Positions 11,380 through 24,110 of a stretch of 64,000 bases of DNA are shown here, one piece after another. Below the pieces are notes generated by a model. The model was given only the letters and a program-made list of their open reading frames with translations. It made no database searches and had not been told where the DNA came from. The DNA comes from Hypanus sabinus. Its lineage: Eukaryota. A program made the position numbers and the translations under genes. The stretch is taken from assembly GCF_030144855.1 (NCBI RefSeq), contig NC_082733.1, forward strand, positions 16,988,001-17,052,000, given 5' to 3'. Numbering within the stretch: position 1 is the stretch's first letter; each line of letters opens with the position of its first letter.

Positions 11380-11730
11380 GCATCAGGTGTATAGATGATG
11401 AGAGGCATTGATCGTGTGGATAGTCAGAGGTTTCTTCCTGGGGCTGAAATGGCTAGCACGAGAGGGGACAGTTTTAAGATGCATGGAAGTAGGCACAGAG
11501 GAGATGTCAGGGATTTACGCAGAGATTGGTGTGTGCGTGAAATGGGCTGCCGGTGGCGGTGGTGTAGGTGGATACTATTGGGTTTTTTAAGAGACTCCTG
11601 GACAGGTACATGGAGCTGAGAAAAATAGAGGGCTGTGGGTAACCCTAGGTTATTTCTAAAGCAAGTATATGTTTGGCACAGCATTGAGGGCCAAAGGGCC
11701 TGTATTGTGCTGTAGGATTTCTATGTTTCA
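11380..11730 (+). mobile_element. CR1 LINE 3' end
   Basis: MMRGIDRVDSQRFLP..TRG; tail GGGCCAAAGGGCCTGTATTGTGCTGTAG..TCTATGTTTC. Confidence 0.85.
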
Positions 11731-11849
11731 AAACATCTCCGTCACTAAATATGTAAATCCAAGAGCCTCACATGTGTGTCACAACTGGTAGAGATAGGTA
11801 GGGAGGTTGGCTTGGCTGTTTTCAATCACATTAGGCCATAAATAGCAAA

Positions 11850-12070
11850 GCTATCATCACCTTCACATTCTCTGAATGACAGCTTGCAGTTCTTCCACTG
11901 GGAGTGTGGTGGGGAGCTGTCTCTGGGGATCGAGGAGGACCTGCTTCCATTTCAATTCTATGGGTTCTAGGTTGACCGAGATGTCAAATGCGGACCCATC
12001 AACCACCACAGATTGCAGAGAACGTGCTTGATGGGGAATATTTTTGTGGGAAGTTTGAAGGGGGAGGGGA
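11850..12070 (-). mobile_element. Old RTE-like LINE 3' fragment
   Basis: GGATCGAGGAGGACCTGCTTCC..TGGGTTCTAGGTTGACCGA resembles RTE 3' ends; highly decayed. Confidence 0.4.
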
Positions 12071-12764
12071 GCCACTCCTTATATCATTTAAAAGTAATGA
12101 AATACATAATAATGAAATGACATTTGGTTCTTTTTTGTTTTATTAGATATACTGCGTCAAAGCCATACCAATCAAAGATTAGTTTATTGATCTTTTACTG
12201 TGGCTGTGACGAATACTTCTGAAACTTTTCTTTAATCTGATTGTTAAAACACTATAAAATTGTCAACTATCATTAAACAAAGTTATGCATTGACAGTACA
12301 GATAGTTTATTGGGCACAATTAAAGATTACAAGGTGAGATAGTTGTGCTGTGGCTGAATCACAATTGCGTTGTGCTAAAAGACGTCCCACTATTTCCACT
12401 TTGCCCGCCACTGCAAGAACACAAAACTTGTTGCGGAAAGAGATTTGTTCTGACCTCTGAAATGAATTAGAAACAATGTTTAGTAAACTCCTGCTGTTTA
12501 ATCTAAACCAAAACAGACTTTGCGGCTTATAAGAACAAGCTGACCACATTCTTGATTAGTGCCGTCTATTTTGAGAGGCTGTGAATTTCTATTGTCTATC
12601 AAAGATATGAGCAGCAGTCAGTCAGAAGTTATGGAATATTTCCAGTTGAAATGCTATATAATATCTGAATTGGAACCAAACTAGGTTAATTACAGGTATT
12701 GCACTGTGTTAGAGGAAGTCCATGAGATTGATTAAAAAGAAATAGAAATTGTTTCTATTTAATG

Positions 12765-13547
12765 TGTTACAAAATTCCCGTAACTGGATCACTTACCAGC
12801 AAAGATAGAGAGGTCCGTTGAAGTCTGATGGTACTATTTTTAAAAGTATTTATTGATGAAGGGCACAAAAAGATTAATGCAAACATACAGATAATATACG
12901 TCGTCAGTACTAAATCAAAGCGCAGGTATAATACTAACCGAAAAGAAATAACTCTATCGTTGTCTAGGGGATAATGTATTGTCTGATGGAAAGATAAGTC
13001 ACTATCAGTTCATTCAAGCTGCAGCGTTGTTGGGTTTAAAAGTGATGCGGTTTAAACTTGCCCCAGGTCTTTTATGATGCCAATCCGTTGAGTCAGGGGA
13101 GCGGGTTTCCCCATTGTTAGCTAAAAAGCCGTTTTCCGTGGTTTCAGCCACCAATTCCAGCCACGGAATTGAACGCACGTGGCTTGGTTTCCAATGACCG
13201 CCTACTGTTATGTGGTCGCTTAACGTTTCTTCTGGTGCGTCTGAGGGGTTGTTCCTACAGCCCCTCTTTTATTCTGACTCGCGGGGTCATAGATGTCAAT
13301 CAGGTTGGGGGTGATGCAATCTCTCCCTCAACCAGCCCACTTTGCCCGAGGGCATTCACGTAGCAGAGCATCTCAATCCACAAATCTGTCTCCAAGAGAC
13401 AATGGCCATGTCCCGTAGCTTTACATCGCTATGGGGGGGAGAAACGTGACATCCTGCACGTCTCCCCCTCATGTCTTGGGCCCCCTTTTGACTCAACCCA
13501 ACAGTGATCTGGCGATTCTCACAAAGGAGGGGGCTACGGACGTAACA
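12765..13547 (-). mobile_element. Solo LTR (783 bp)
   Basis: Termini TGTTAC...GTAACA; perfect 4-bp TSD AATG (12761-12764 / 13548-13551); AATAAA on the minus strand near the left end; CpGs retained. Confidence 0.9.
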
Positions 13548-14255
13548 AATGATAAATGGAGAATGATTAAGAAAACGATGGTTTTGAAAACTCACTTCCT
13601 GACCAGTAAAAGAAACCCATCAGCCAGTAGAAATTATACATAGATTTTTAAAAAATCTATTGCTTTGTTAATTATTGTTCAGCTTACATTTATTTTTATT
13701 AACAATAAAATTGTTATGCTCCAAACTTGTTTAATAAAATAGGAATCGCTGTCAAAATCAAGCAGTGGAAAAATTATAATTCATTTAATCATCTCATGAA
13801 ACCATAAGTTATGTTGATATTTATATCCTGTCAATTTTTTTTGATATTGCTATATCTGTAAAGGTTGATTTGATTGAAGGTCATAAGACTATCAAAGATA
13901 TGAATTCCATTGCTAGAAGAACTGTTTTGAAACATTTGTTGTAATTTTTATGTCTTTGGTCTACAGAGGTCTTGTCATTCGTTGAAGATAAAAGGCAAAT
14001 CTTTGCAATCAGAGATGGCCTGTCCATTTTATTTTTATTCTGAATGGAACTTAAAAGTAGTTTCGCGGGCAAAGGACTGAGGTGACGCAGTATCACTTTT
14101 AACGAAAGCGAAAGTTATGATCTAATGGCAGCCTGAATTCAAAACTAAAGCTTGTCAAGAGAAAAAAAAGCAACATGGGATTCCCTACATGGGGAGTCAT
14201 GCCCGTATGCTCGCAAATCCCATTCACAATCTAAATCTATTTAGTTATACACTTC

Positions 14256-14789
14256 ACACACAAAATGCTGGTGGAACACAGCAGGCCAGGCAGCATCTAT
14301 AGGGAGAAGCGCTGTCAACATTTCGGGCCAAGACCCTTCGTCAGGACTAACCGAAAGGAAAGAAAGAGATTTGAAAGTAGTGGGGGGAGGGGGAAATGCG
14401 AAATGATAGGAGAAGACCGGAGGGGGCGGGATGAAGCTAAGAGCTGGAAAGGTGATTGGCGAAAGTGATACAGAGCTGGAGAAGGGAAAGGATCATGGGA
14501 TGGGAGGACTCAGAAGAAAGAAGGGGTGGGGGGGGAGCACCAGAGGGAGATGGAGAACAGGCAAACAACTAAATAAGTCAGGGATGGGGTAAGAAGGGGA
14601 GGAGGGGCATTAATGGAAGTTAGAGAAGTCAATGTTCATGCCATCAGGTTGGAAGCTACTCAGCTGGTATATAAGGTGTTGTTCCTCAAACCTGAGGTTG
14701 GATTCATTTTGACAATAGAGGAGGCCATGGATAGACATATCAGAGTGGGAATGGGACGTGAAATTAAAATGTGTGGCCACTGGGAGATA
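14256..14789 (-). mobile_element. Penelope-like (Neptune-type) 3' fragment with hammerhead-motif tail
   Basis: Reverse strand LPVATHFNFTSHSHSDMSIHGLLYCQNESNLRFEEQHLIYQLSSFQPDGMNIDFSNF; perfect 14-bp TSD TAGTTATACACTTC (14242-14255 / 14790-14803). Confidence 0.9.
14312..14348 (-). ncRNA. Minimal type I hammerhead ribozyme motif (partly decayed)
   Basis: Reverse strand aGTC-CTGACGA-aGGGtcttggCCC-GAAA-tg-TT-GAC: stem I GTC/GAC, stem II GGG/CCC, conserved core, vestigial stem III. Confidence 0.65.
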
Positions 14790-14929
14790 TAGTTATACAC
14801 TTCCTCACATTAAGGACCACGGTCAGTTTTCATTGCTTACCCCTATTGCTTTCGATTGTGTGCTGACACCACACTCCCTCAGTCTGTCAAGTAGGGGTTT
14901 CCAGTACTCAGACACAATGACAATATTTG

Positions 14930-15222
14930 TCCTGCAATATATGTCCAGCAAAAAGTGCTGTGCAACTTGGGTGCAATCCTGCAGGTGGCGTTGTTTGTAT
15001 GCGTCTGCTGCCTTTATCTTTCATTGTGAAACAGGTCATAGTTTTGGGTAAAATTCTGAAAGCACCCTGGGTACGTAATTGTGTCCATTTTGTAGATAGT
15101 CAGACTGCAGCCACTGTGTCAGGTTAGTGGATTAGGCTTCAGTCGAGTGGGATGTATTATTCTGTATGGTGCTGGGTTTCCTGAGAGTTGTTTGTACTGC
15201 ACTCTTTTAGGCAAGTAAGAGT
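14930..15222 (-). mobile_element. Old CR1/L2-group LINE 3' fragment
   Basis: GGTGGCGTTG..TGCTGCCTTT..TTGTAGATAGT..GCCACTGTG..TGCACTC..AGGCAAGT pattern recalled from shark LINE tails. Confidence 0.45.
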
Positions 15223-15534
15223 TAACAGGAGAATAAAACATAATTCATATACTCTGCATTTATATATATAAATGCACTTTTATGTCACTTAAAGCAATGT
15301 TAGTTTTGGCCAAATGTTGTGCTCCTTCACACTTTAAGAAAAAAATTTGAAATTTCTTTCCATAGTTGAAAGTCTTTTAAAAGGGTTTGAAAGCTTTTTA
15401 GTATAATTTTTAATTGTCAATTTTATACTTACATTTTCTTATTAACACTTTATAATTGCACTCAAAGTTATTTGACTCTGAATTCCTAATTCCCTGAATT
15501 CACCATTGCAACTCCATTGGAAAATCAATTAAAC

Positions 15535-15880
15535 CATCATCATCATTCTGTGTCACGTTGATTGTCCATGATTGTTCTTGGCAAATGTTTCTACAGAACT
15601 GGTTTGTCATTGCTGCCTTCTGGGCGGTATCTTTGCAAGATGGGTGACCCCAGCATTTATGAATACTCTTCTGAGATTGTCTGCCTGGTATCAGTGGTCA
15701 CATAACCAAGACTTGTGATATGCTCATACGACCATCCACCACCTGCTCCTATGGCTTTACCTGGCCCTGATCAGGGAGCTAAGCAGGTGCTACAATTTAC
15801 CCAAGGTTGGCCTGTAGACTAGCAGAAGGAAGGAGAACCTACACCTTCTTTGGTAGAGATGTATCTCCACCTCACTAGCC
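15535..15880 (-). mobile_element. SINE with RTE/BovB-type tail
   Basis: (CAT)n end, then TTCTTGGCAAA..GGTTTGTCATTGC..CCTTCT motif shared with RTE-mobilised SINEs; CCCAAGGT..ACCTG segment. Confidence 0.6.
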
Positions 15881-15984
15881 CAAGCTAAGCCGTAGAGAAA
15901 CAATAAACAAGTCACATTTACCCCAGTTACCTGGAGGATATTCCAGGAAATTAACAGAAGTCTACAAAATAGCAGGCTTTTTTT

Positions 15985-16475
15985 TTAGTTGCCTAGAGTA
16001 CCAGATTTCACATTGTGGATACGCAAGATTGAGCAGTGGATGTGGTAAATAGAGATTTTAGTAAGGCATTTGATAAGATTCCCCATTGTAGATTCATTGA
16101 GAAAATCAGATCTAGGGAAGCTTGGCTGTGTGGATATAGAATTGGCTTGCCCATCGAAAGCGGAGGGAGTTGTAGATGGAGCATATTCAGCCTGGTGCTT
16201 GGCGACCTGCAGAGTTCCACAGGGATCTGTGCCAGGATCCTGCTCTTAGTGACTTTTAGAAATGATTTGGATGAGGAAGTGGAAGGGTGGATCAGTAAGT
16301 TTGCAGACGTCATGAAGGATGGGGTAGTTATGGACGGTGGAGAAGGCTATTGTAGGCTACAGTGGAACATTGATAGGATGCAGATCTGGTCTGAGACATG
16401 GCAGATGGAATTCAACCCAGAAATGTGTGAAGTGACTCATTTTGGAAGGTCGAATTTGAAGGCAGAGCTAAGGAC
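15985..16475 (+). mobile_element. CR1 LINE RT fragment
   Basis: DVVNRDFSKAFDKIPH, ISKFADVMK, WQMEFNPEMCEVTHFGRSN. Confidence 0.9.
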
Positions 16476-16827
16476 CGGATAATGCATGAGATGCAGTTAA
16501 GTGATTGTACAGATGACTCGGAGGTTTGTGTGAACTAGCAGTGAAATAGAAAATTTCACATCACATGCTGGTGATAATAAACCTGATTCTGAAGTTATTA
16601 CATGGTTTGCCACCTTTGTTTATCTAACTGGTTCATAGCAATGTTAGGTATTCTTATATTGCTTAAGCTACACTATAGACCCTCGTACTAGTAGTCAATA
16701 CAGAGCCAGCCATCACCTTCAACCAAGAACAGGAGCTATTTTTCTTCTGACAGAGTGGACTGGACTTCTGAGCAGAGTAACTGATATTGCTCTGTGAGAT
16801 CCCATATTTCAGTGTTGACTCTATTTT

Positions 16828-18890
16828 CATAAGAAACATAAGAAATAGGAGTAGGAGTAGACCATTTGGCCCATCAAGCCTACTCCGCCATTCAATAAAA
16901 TCATATCTGATCTGACCATGGACTCATCTCCACCTACCTGCCTTTTCCCCAGAACCTTTAATTCCCCTACTATGCAAAAATCTATCCAATTTTGTCTTAA
17001 ATATATTTACTGAGGTAGCCTCCACTGCTTCAGTGAGTAGAGAATCCCACAGATTCAGCACTCTCTGAGAAAAGCAGTTCCTCCTCATCTCCGTACTACA
17101 TGTATTCCCCTATGGGAACAACTTTTCTGCTTCTTTCCTATCTATCCCATTCATAATTTTATGTTTCTATAAGATCTCCTCTCAGTCTTCTGAATTCCAG
17201 CAAGTGCAATCCCGGGCGACTTAAACTCTCCTCATAGTCTAATCCCCTCATCTCTGGGATCAACCTGATGAATCTCCTCTGTGCCGTCTCCAAAGCCAGT
17301 ATATTCTTCCTCAAGGAAGGAGACCAGAACTGCACGCAGTACTCCAGGTTTGGCCTCACCAGTACCCTGTACAGTTGCAGCATAACCTCCCTGCTCTTAA
17401 ATTCAATTCCTCTAGCCAACATTTTACTTGCCTTCTTGATAGCCTGCTGCACCTGCAAACCAACCATTTGCCATTCATGCACATGCACTCCCAAGTCCTT
17501 CTGCACAGATTATTATTATTTAAATAATAATCTGATCTTCCATTTTTCCTTCCAAAGTGATGATCTCACAATTACCAAGATTGTATTCCATCTGCCAGAC
17601 CCCCGCCCATTCACTTAACCTATCCATATCTCTCGCAGACTCTCCGTATCCTGTGCACAATTTGCTTTTCCACTCAATCTAGAGTCATCAGCAAACTTAG
17701 AGACACAACACTCTCTTCCAGATCGTTAATGTATATCATGAACAGTTGAGGGCCTAGCACTGACCCCTGCAGCACACTGCTCTTCTTTGATTGCCAACCA
17801 GAGAAACACCCATGTATCCCAACTCACCACTTTCTATTGGTTAACCAATCCTTTGTCCATTCTAATACATCACCCCCAACTCTATGTATTCTTATCTTAT
17901 GGATAAGTCTTTTATGCAGCATCTTATTGAACCTTTCTGAAAACCCAAGTAAATAACCTTCATCTGTTCCCCTCTATCCACTCCGCTCATTATATCCTCA
18001 AAGAACTCCAGTAAGTTTGTCAAACAGGACTTACCTTTGCTGAATCCAAGCTGCATCTGCACGATGGATCGATTTATTTCCAGATGCCTCACTGTTTCTT
18101 CTTTAATGATAGGTACAAGCATTTTCCCAACTACAGATGTTAAACTAACTGGCCTATAGTTACCTGCCTTTTGCCTACATCCTTTTTTGAACAGTGGTAT
18201 GACATTCACCTTCTTCCAATCTACTGGGACCTGCCCAAAGTCCAGAGAATTTTGGTAAATTGTCACCAAAGCCTCTATTATAACCTCTGTTATTTCTTTC
18301 AGTACTCTGGGATGCATTCCATCAAGACCAGGGGACTTGCCTATCTTTAAGCCCACAAGTTTGCTCAGCACTACCTCTTTAGTGATAGCTATTGTATCGA
18401 GGTCCTCACCTCCCATCTCATCCATATCATCTCTCTTCCATATGTTAGACATGTCCTCCACCATGAAGACTGACACAAAATAGTCATTCAAAGCCTCAGC
18501 CATTTCCTCATTACCCAATATCAATTCCCTCCTCTCATTTTTCAAGGGACCTACATTCACTTTAGCCACCCTTTTCCGCATTATATAATTATAAAAACTT
18601 TTACTATCTGTTTTTTATATTTTGTGCTAGTTAATTTTCATAATCTATCTTCCCTTTCTTTATTGACCACTTAGTGGTCCTTTGTTGCTTTTAAAGTTTT
18701 CCCAATCTTCCAGTTTCCCACTACTCTTGGTGACTTTGTACGCACAAGCTTTTAGTTTGATGCTTTCCTTAGTTATCTAAGGCTGGGTCTCCACACCCTT
18801 ACTGTCCTTCCTTTGATGAGCACCGTGAAAAATCTCTCTGAAAATCTTCCACTCTTTCTCAACCATCCCACCACATAGCCTGTGTTCCCA
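16828..18890 (-). mobile_element. CR1 LINE, 5'-truncated, degenerate
   Basis: KSPGLDGMHPRVLKE, GNYRPVSLTSVVGKML, GKSCLTNLLEFFE, LVRPNLEYCVQFWSP, RRLRGDLIET; (CATAAGAA)n tail at the left end. Confidence 0.95.
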
Positions 18891-19023
18891 GTTTCTGTCT
18901 CATGTTGGGTTTCATTTCCTTTTGTTCTTCTGGAACACCCTTTTCTCAGAAAGCAACTCCAAATATCGGAAAAAAATTTTGAGTTTATCTAAGCTACTTT
19001 CTGTAATTTTTCTTTATTTTGTC

Positions 19024-19044
19024 CACACACACACACACACACAC
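19024..19044. repeat. (CA)n microsatellite
   Basis: Direct observation. Confidence 0.9.
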
Positions 19045-19599
19045 CATTAAACATAATATCCTAGGCAGTTAATAGTTTAAAAGAGGCTCTGATATTTTAA
19101 TTGCTTTATTTGCTACTAAATAATTCTGTATCTTGAACATTTACAGTTTCACATGTAATATTTTTTCACTGCTGCCCTTCCACTCTCTCTCACTGTCCCT
19201 TCTATTCTTCTATCCCTGCAGTGATGTGACAACCACGACAAGCTTAATCCAAAGAGTGTAATTAAATTATTAGGTTATTCTAATATCAAATGTACCAACT
19301 CTCTCTCTCTGTCTCTCTTTCTTTCTCTCTCTGTCAAATAGCATTCAGTTACTGCTAAAGACTTGTATTTATACATTCAGAGTGACAGTTGCTAAGCAGA
19401 TAGTTATTTAACAACTGTCCCTCTGAATGTTTAAAGACAAACCTTATTTACTGCTATTATTTACTGCTATTTGACACTGAAAGAGAGAGAGGGGAGAGAG
19501 AGGGAGAAAGAGAGAGGAGATTGCATGGACGAGACACCATAGTTCCTTGAGAAAGACACTGTACATTTTTCTCAAAAGTAAACTTTATTCATTAAGATA

Positions 19600-20172
19600 C
19601 AAACTTAGTGGCCACTTTATTAGGTACATCTTTACTCCTGCTCATAAATGCAAATATCTAATCTGCCAATCAAGTAGCAGCACTCAATGCATGTGAATAT
19701 GTAGACATGGTCAAGAAGTTCAGCTGTTGTTTAGACCAAGCATCAAAATGAGGAAGAAATAGGATCTAAGTGACTTTGACTGTGGAATGATTGTTAGAGC
19801 CAGATGGGGTGGTTTGAGTATCTCAGAAAGTGCTGGTCACCTGAGATTTTCCACTCACAACAGTCTCTGGAGTTTATAAAGAATAGCACAAAAACTAACA
19901 CATCCAGAGAACAATGGTTCTGTGGGCGTAAAGGCCTTGTTCATGAAGAGATCTGAGGAGAATTGCCAAAGTGGTTCAAGTTGACAGGAAAATAAGAGTG
20001 AATCAAATAATGACGCATTACAACAGTAGTATGCATAAGAGCATTTCTAAATGCATGACATGTTGAAACTTGAAGTGGATAGGCTACAACAGCAGAAGAC
20101 CAAATGAATGTACACTCACTGGGCATTTTAATAGGTAAAGAGATACCCAATAAAGCATATACTGAGTGTATA
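19600..20172 (+). mobile_element. Tc1/mariner non-autonomous derivative
   Basis: TIR-like TAGTGGCCACTTTATTAGGTAC ... CCAATAAAG..ACTGAGTGTA; transposase N-terminal remnant DLSDFDCGMIVRARWGGLSISESAGHL. Confidence 0.8.
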
Positions 20173-20269
20173 TGCAGGAAGTATGAATCAGTGAATGGTT
20201 TTGTTTGCATTCGTATTGCTACCAAGTCAATATATTCACAGTTTCATTAAGATAATACACCCACTGTCA

Positions 20270-20960
20270 CTCATGTGTCCTCGCTGAACAGCACACCTCT
20301 CTGTGAGGTCAGAGCAGTGCTGAGATGGAGAATTAAGACAACAGGCAACTGGAATCGCAGAGTCACTCTTACAAATTGAATGGAGATGTTGTGCTTTGTG
20401 ATCACCCAAAGAGATTCCGTTATAAGCACCGGATTGGAAGAAGGGGGAGTGAATCAGTACTTCACCTCAACAGAGTGTTTGCGTCGACGAACGGTGAGAA
20501 TGAAAGATGTAAGGTGGCAGGTGTTGCACTTCCTGTAGTTCTCTGAGAAGGGTATTGGTGGAGATGGAGGAATAAACCAGGAGCTTGCAGAAGAATGGTT
20601 GAAATAGGGAACTCAGAAATATCTACTGGAGGCATTTCATTGTAGATGAAGGGTTGAATATGGAGGTGATTGCAAGGAAGGTGACTACAAACACCCTCCT
20701 TGTTTTAGATGGAAGTGTGGTAGGAAGTGGGTGGAGGAGTGAGGATAGAGTGCAGGGAATGGAACAGAATAAAGGGAAAGCTATAGTCATGGAGAAAGGA
20801 AGAAAGGAAGAAGCTCTTCAGAACCGATATAACAGATGCACAGAAAATGGGAGAATGGAATGGATTCCTTACAAGAAGCAAGGTAGAAGAAGGTGTTGCT
20901 AAAATGTCCATGGGAGTCATTGGACTATATGTGACACCAGTTGCTAATCTCTTGAATTGA
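20270..20960 (-). mobile_element. Highly degenerate Penelope-like fragment (RT C-term / GIY-YIG region)
   Basis: Reverse strand gives RKCNTCHL and PVA..F motifs, collinear with the PLE at 47930-48790. Confidence 0.5.
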
Positions 20961-21074
20961 AGAAATCAGAAAGGGGAGAGATGGGGTTAGAGATGTGAAA
21001 GTGAATCCAAAAGGGGAATGGGCTGAAAAATTCAAGTGTCAAGCAAGAAGAGGCTCAACTTCACAGATCTTATG

Positions 21075-22160
21075 GATCATATGGACAAGGTGCCACACGT
21101 GAGGCTGCTTAACAGGTTAAAAGTCCATGGTACTACAGGAAAGATACTAGCATCAATAAAACAGTGGCTATTTGGCAGGAGGCAAAGAGTTGGACTAAAG
21201 GGAGATGTTTTTGGTTGGCTGCCGGTGACTAGCAGTGTTCCACAAGGGTCTATGTTAAGATCACTTCTCTTCACATTATATGTAAATGAGTTGGAAGATG
21301 GAATTGATGGCTTTGTGGGAAAGTTGGCGGACGAAATGAAAACAAGTGGAGGGCAGGTAGTTTTGAGGAGGTAGAGAGGCTACAGAAGGCTTAAGAGAAT
21401 GGACAAAGAAGTGGCAGATAGAAAACAGTGTTAGAAGTGTATGGTTATGCACTTTGGTTGAAGAAATAAAAGGGTAGACTATTTTCTAAATGGAGAGAAA
21501 ATTCAAAAATCTGAGGCACAGAAGGACTTGGGAATCCTTGTGCAGGATTCCCTTAAGGTTAATTTGCAGCTTGATTCACTGGTAAGGAAGGCAAATGTGA
21601 TATTAGCATTCATTTCAAGAGCACTAAAACATAATGTTGAGGCTTTATAAAACCTCAATTGGTGAGGCTTCATTTGAAGTATTGTGAGCAGTTTGGGGCC
21701 CTTTATCTAAGAAAAGACTTTAATGAAAATGATTCTGGGATCCAATGGCTTGTCATTTGAGGAGCATTTGATAGTTCTGGGGCTGTATTCACTGGAATTT
21801 AGGAGAATGAGGGGTGACCTCATTGAAACATGTCACACATTGAATAGTCTCAATAAAGTGGATATGGAAAGGACGCTTCCTATGGTGGAGGACACAACCT
21901 CAGGCTAGAGGGTATCTTATTAGAACAGAGATGAGGAGGAATTTCTTTAGCCAGAGAGTGGTGAATCTATAGACTTTGTTGCCACAGGTGGCTATGGAGA
22001 CCAAGTCAGTGGGTACGTTTAAGGCTGAGGTTGATAGATTCTTGATCAGTCAGGGCATGGAAGGATAAGGGGAGATGGCAGAACATTAGGGAAAATGGTG
22101 GAGCAGACTCAATGGGCCAAATAGCCTTATTCTTCTCCAAATCTTATCATCTTGTATGGT
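21075..22160 (+). mobile_element. CR1 LINE 3' half
   Basis: DKVPHVRLL, VTSSVPQGSML, LGLYSLEFRRMRGDLIET; CR1 3' UTR ATGGGCCAAATAGCC. Confidence 0.92.
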
Positions 22161-22395
22161 CCTTGTTGTCTTACAGTTGACCACAGTAAGTGAAAATAAT
22201 GCTTTGTATAATTTTAATTCCAATGGGGCTATGATGGACTTTCATCTGAAAGGAACAGAACCTTTAAAGTACAAGGCAAATGTTGTCAACATATTTTCAT
22301 CCAATCTAATACGAAAGACATCTCCATGTCATATCACATTTTCTTATACAGAGCTTTGATGAATCATGTTTTGCTGCTTCAAGTGACCTGGGGTG

Positions 22396-22703
22396 TGTCA
22401 TGAAATGTAGAGGAGGCTTGATACAAAAGCACAGCAGTAGAGAAGACTTAGCAGTTAACAATAATTTACTAACAAAATGCAAAATAACAAGCTATGAGGA
22501 GCCACAAAGCAAGAGAGAACAGATACTTAACTTGACAAGGCAACAAGGTAACTGAAGGCTAGGAGCAACTAGTTGTGGTTGGTTAGTTCATATGAGTGAA
22601 CAAGGATTGTTGCTGAGAGCTGGGTTTAAATAGGCTGCCGGTGATGAGGTGAAAATGAGTGACAGGTGGATAATGTGAGGAGGCTGCATATGCAGACATG
22701 AAA
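22396..22703 (-). mobile_element. Probable Gypsy solo LTR
   Basis: TGTCATG ... CATGAAA termini; minus-strand CACCTGTCACTCATT and TATTTAAA; TSD poorly preserved. Confidence 0.5.
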
Positions 22704-23309
22704 GGACATTTATGATCACTACTGTTTTAATTAGGTTGTTAAAACCCTAATCAAAAATTCTTAATCTCAATTAAACTGAAAATTAATTTGATCTCTATCT
22801 CATCTGAAAATTCATTGTATACCAAAAATAATACTTGACGTTAATAGTAAAGCTATTCTTCCTGATGAACTGCAGCTTCTGATGATTTAGTTACCTGGTA
22901 CTATTGTATGTTCTACATTACTGAAGCTCTACATGTTGTCTGTCTCTAGTTGTTTAATTTATTATATTAAACACTTACCCTGCACAGCTTTTGTTCAAAT
23001 ATTCATAAAGGTTTTCCAATATTGGTGTCAATGACATGATCTGCCACCAGCTGGTGCCTTAACACAGCTTCCTGTCTATACAACATGTATTAAAGGGAAA
23101 AAGAAATCCTGTCACATAAAAGTGTCCACCAACTTCTCAGATAACATTGTATGGTACCACAACCATTATTGCTGATTGACATAATCTACCCTGTGAAACC
23201 CCAACCTCTTCTTCTCATCCTAGTCTACAACATCACATTTCCTTTTTAAGGGAAAGATGTCTCTTGACCCACAATGAGGGAACTATTAATAGTCTACATT
23301 AATAAAATA

Positions 23310-23660
23310 TGTTAAATATGTTGCTCAACCAGGAGGGAAGGGATTGTCATCTGAAAAAAGATTGTGCAGAATAAACCTATACTTGGGAAGTTAACAGAGA
23401 AAGAAGTGATCCCATTTAAAAATATAACAGTCTGAAACACCTTGATAGGCTGGATGCTGGAAATTTGTTTTGCCTGGCTGGAGAGCCTATGGTTAGGAAG
23501 CAGAACTGGAGGTCAAGAAACATTTCTTTACCAGTATGACTGTGAATGTTTGGAGTTTCCTCACCCAGAAGATGATGGACGCTCGCTCACCACATATGCT
23601 CAAGATGGAGAATGACATAATATTTGGACTCAAGTCACATAGGGATTAGACAAGAAATTG
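23310..23660 (+). mobile_element. Old CR1 3' fragment
   Basis: Degenerate similarity to other CR1 3' ends (CATTTCTTTACCAG..TGTGAATGTTTGGA..CTCAAGATGGAGA). Confidence 0.55.
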
Positions 23661-24047
23661 GACTTCGAGTTTCAGCCAGTGTACAATGTCATTAATTAAA
23701 CCGCTTGATGAGAATAAGAGACATCACTGAAAAGAGAAAACAAAAATTTTTGTAGTACAAAGATTACAGGACTATGGTGTACTTGACTTAACAAATGTCC
23801 CTGTGCATATTATAAAGGGAACAATAGCTTTACCACCAGTGATATGTACTGTTATTTGTCCACAATTAATTCTTCTGTGTGATAGAGACTAAGGAATGGC
23901 AGAGCAAGTTTGAGCAACATATTTTCTACTCCTCCTATTTTAATACCCTTCTTTTGTTAATGCAGAACAGGAATGTGTGTAAGAATAAATATGCTACTTT
24001 TGTAGGGTAAGTTTAAACACATGCGTATATTATAAGCATAAGCACGT

Positions 24048-24110
24048 GTGCACACACACACACATACACACACACACACACAAACTCACACACACTCTCT
24101 CTTTCTCTCT
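24048..24110. repeat. (CA)n/(CT)n compound microsatellite
   Basis: Direct observation. Confidence 0.85.

Noticed and set aside
17892-18581. 229-aa reverse-transcriptase-like ORF
   Set aside because: Fragment of a decayed CR1 ORF2; not a retron or DGR, and no sign of domestication.
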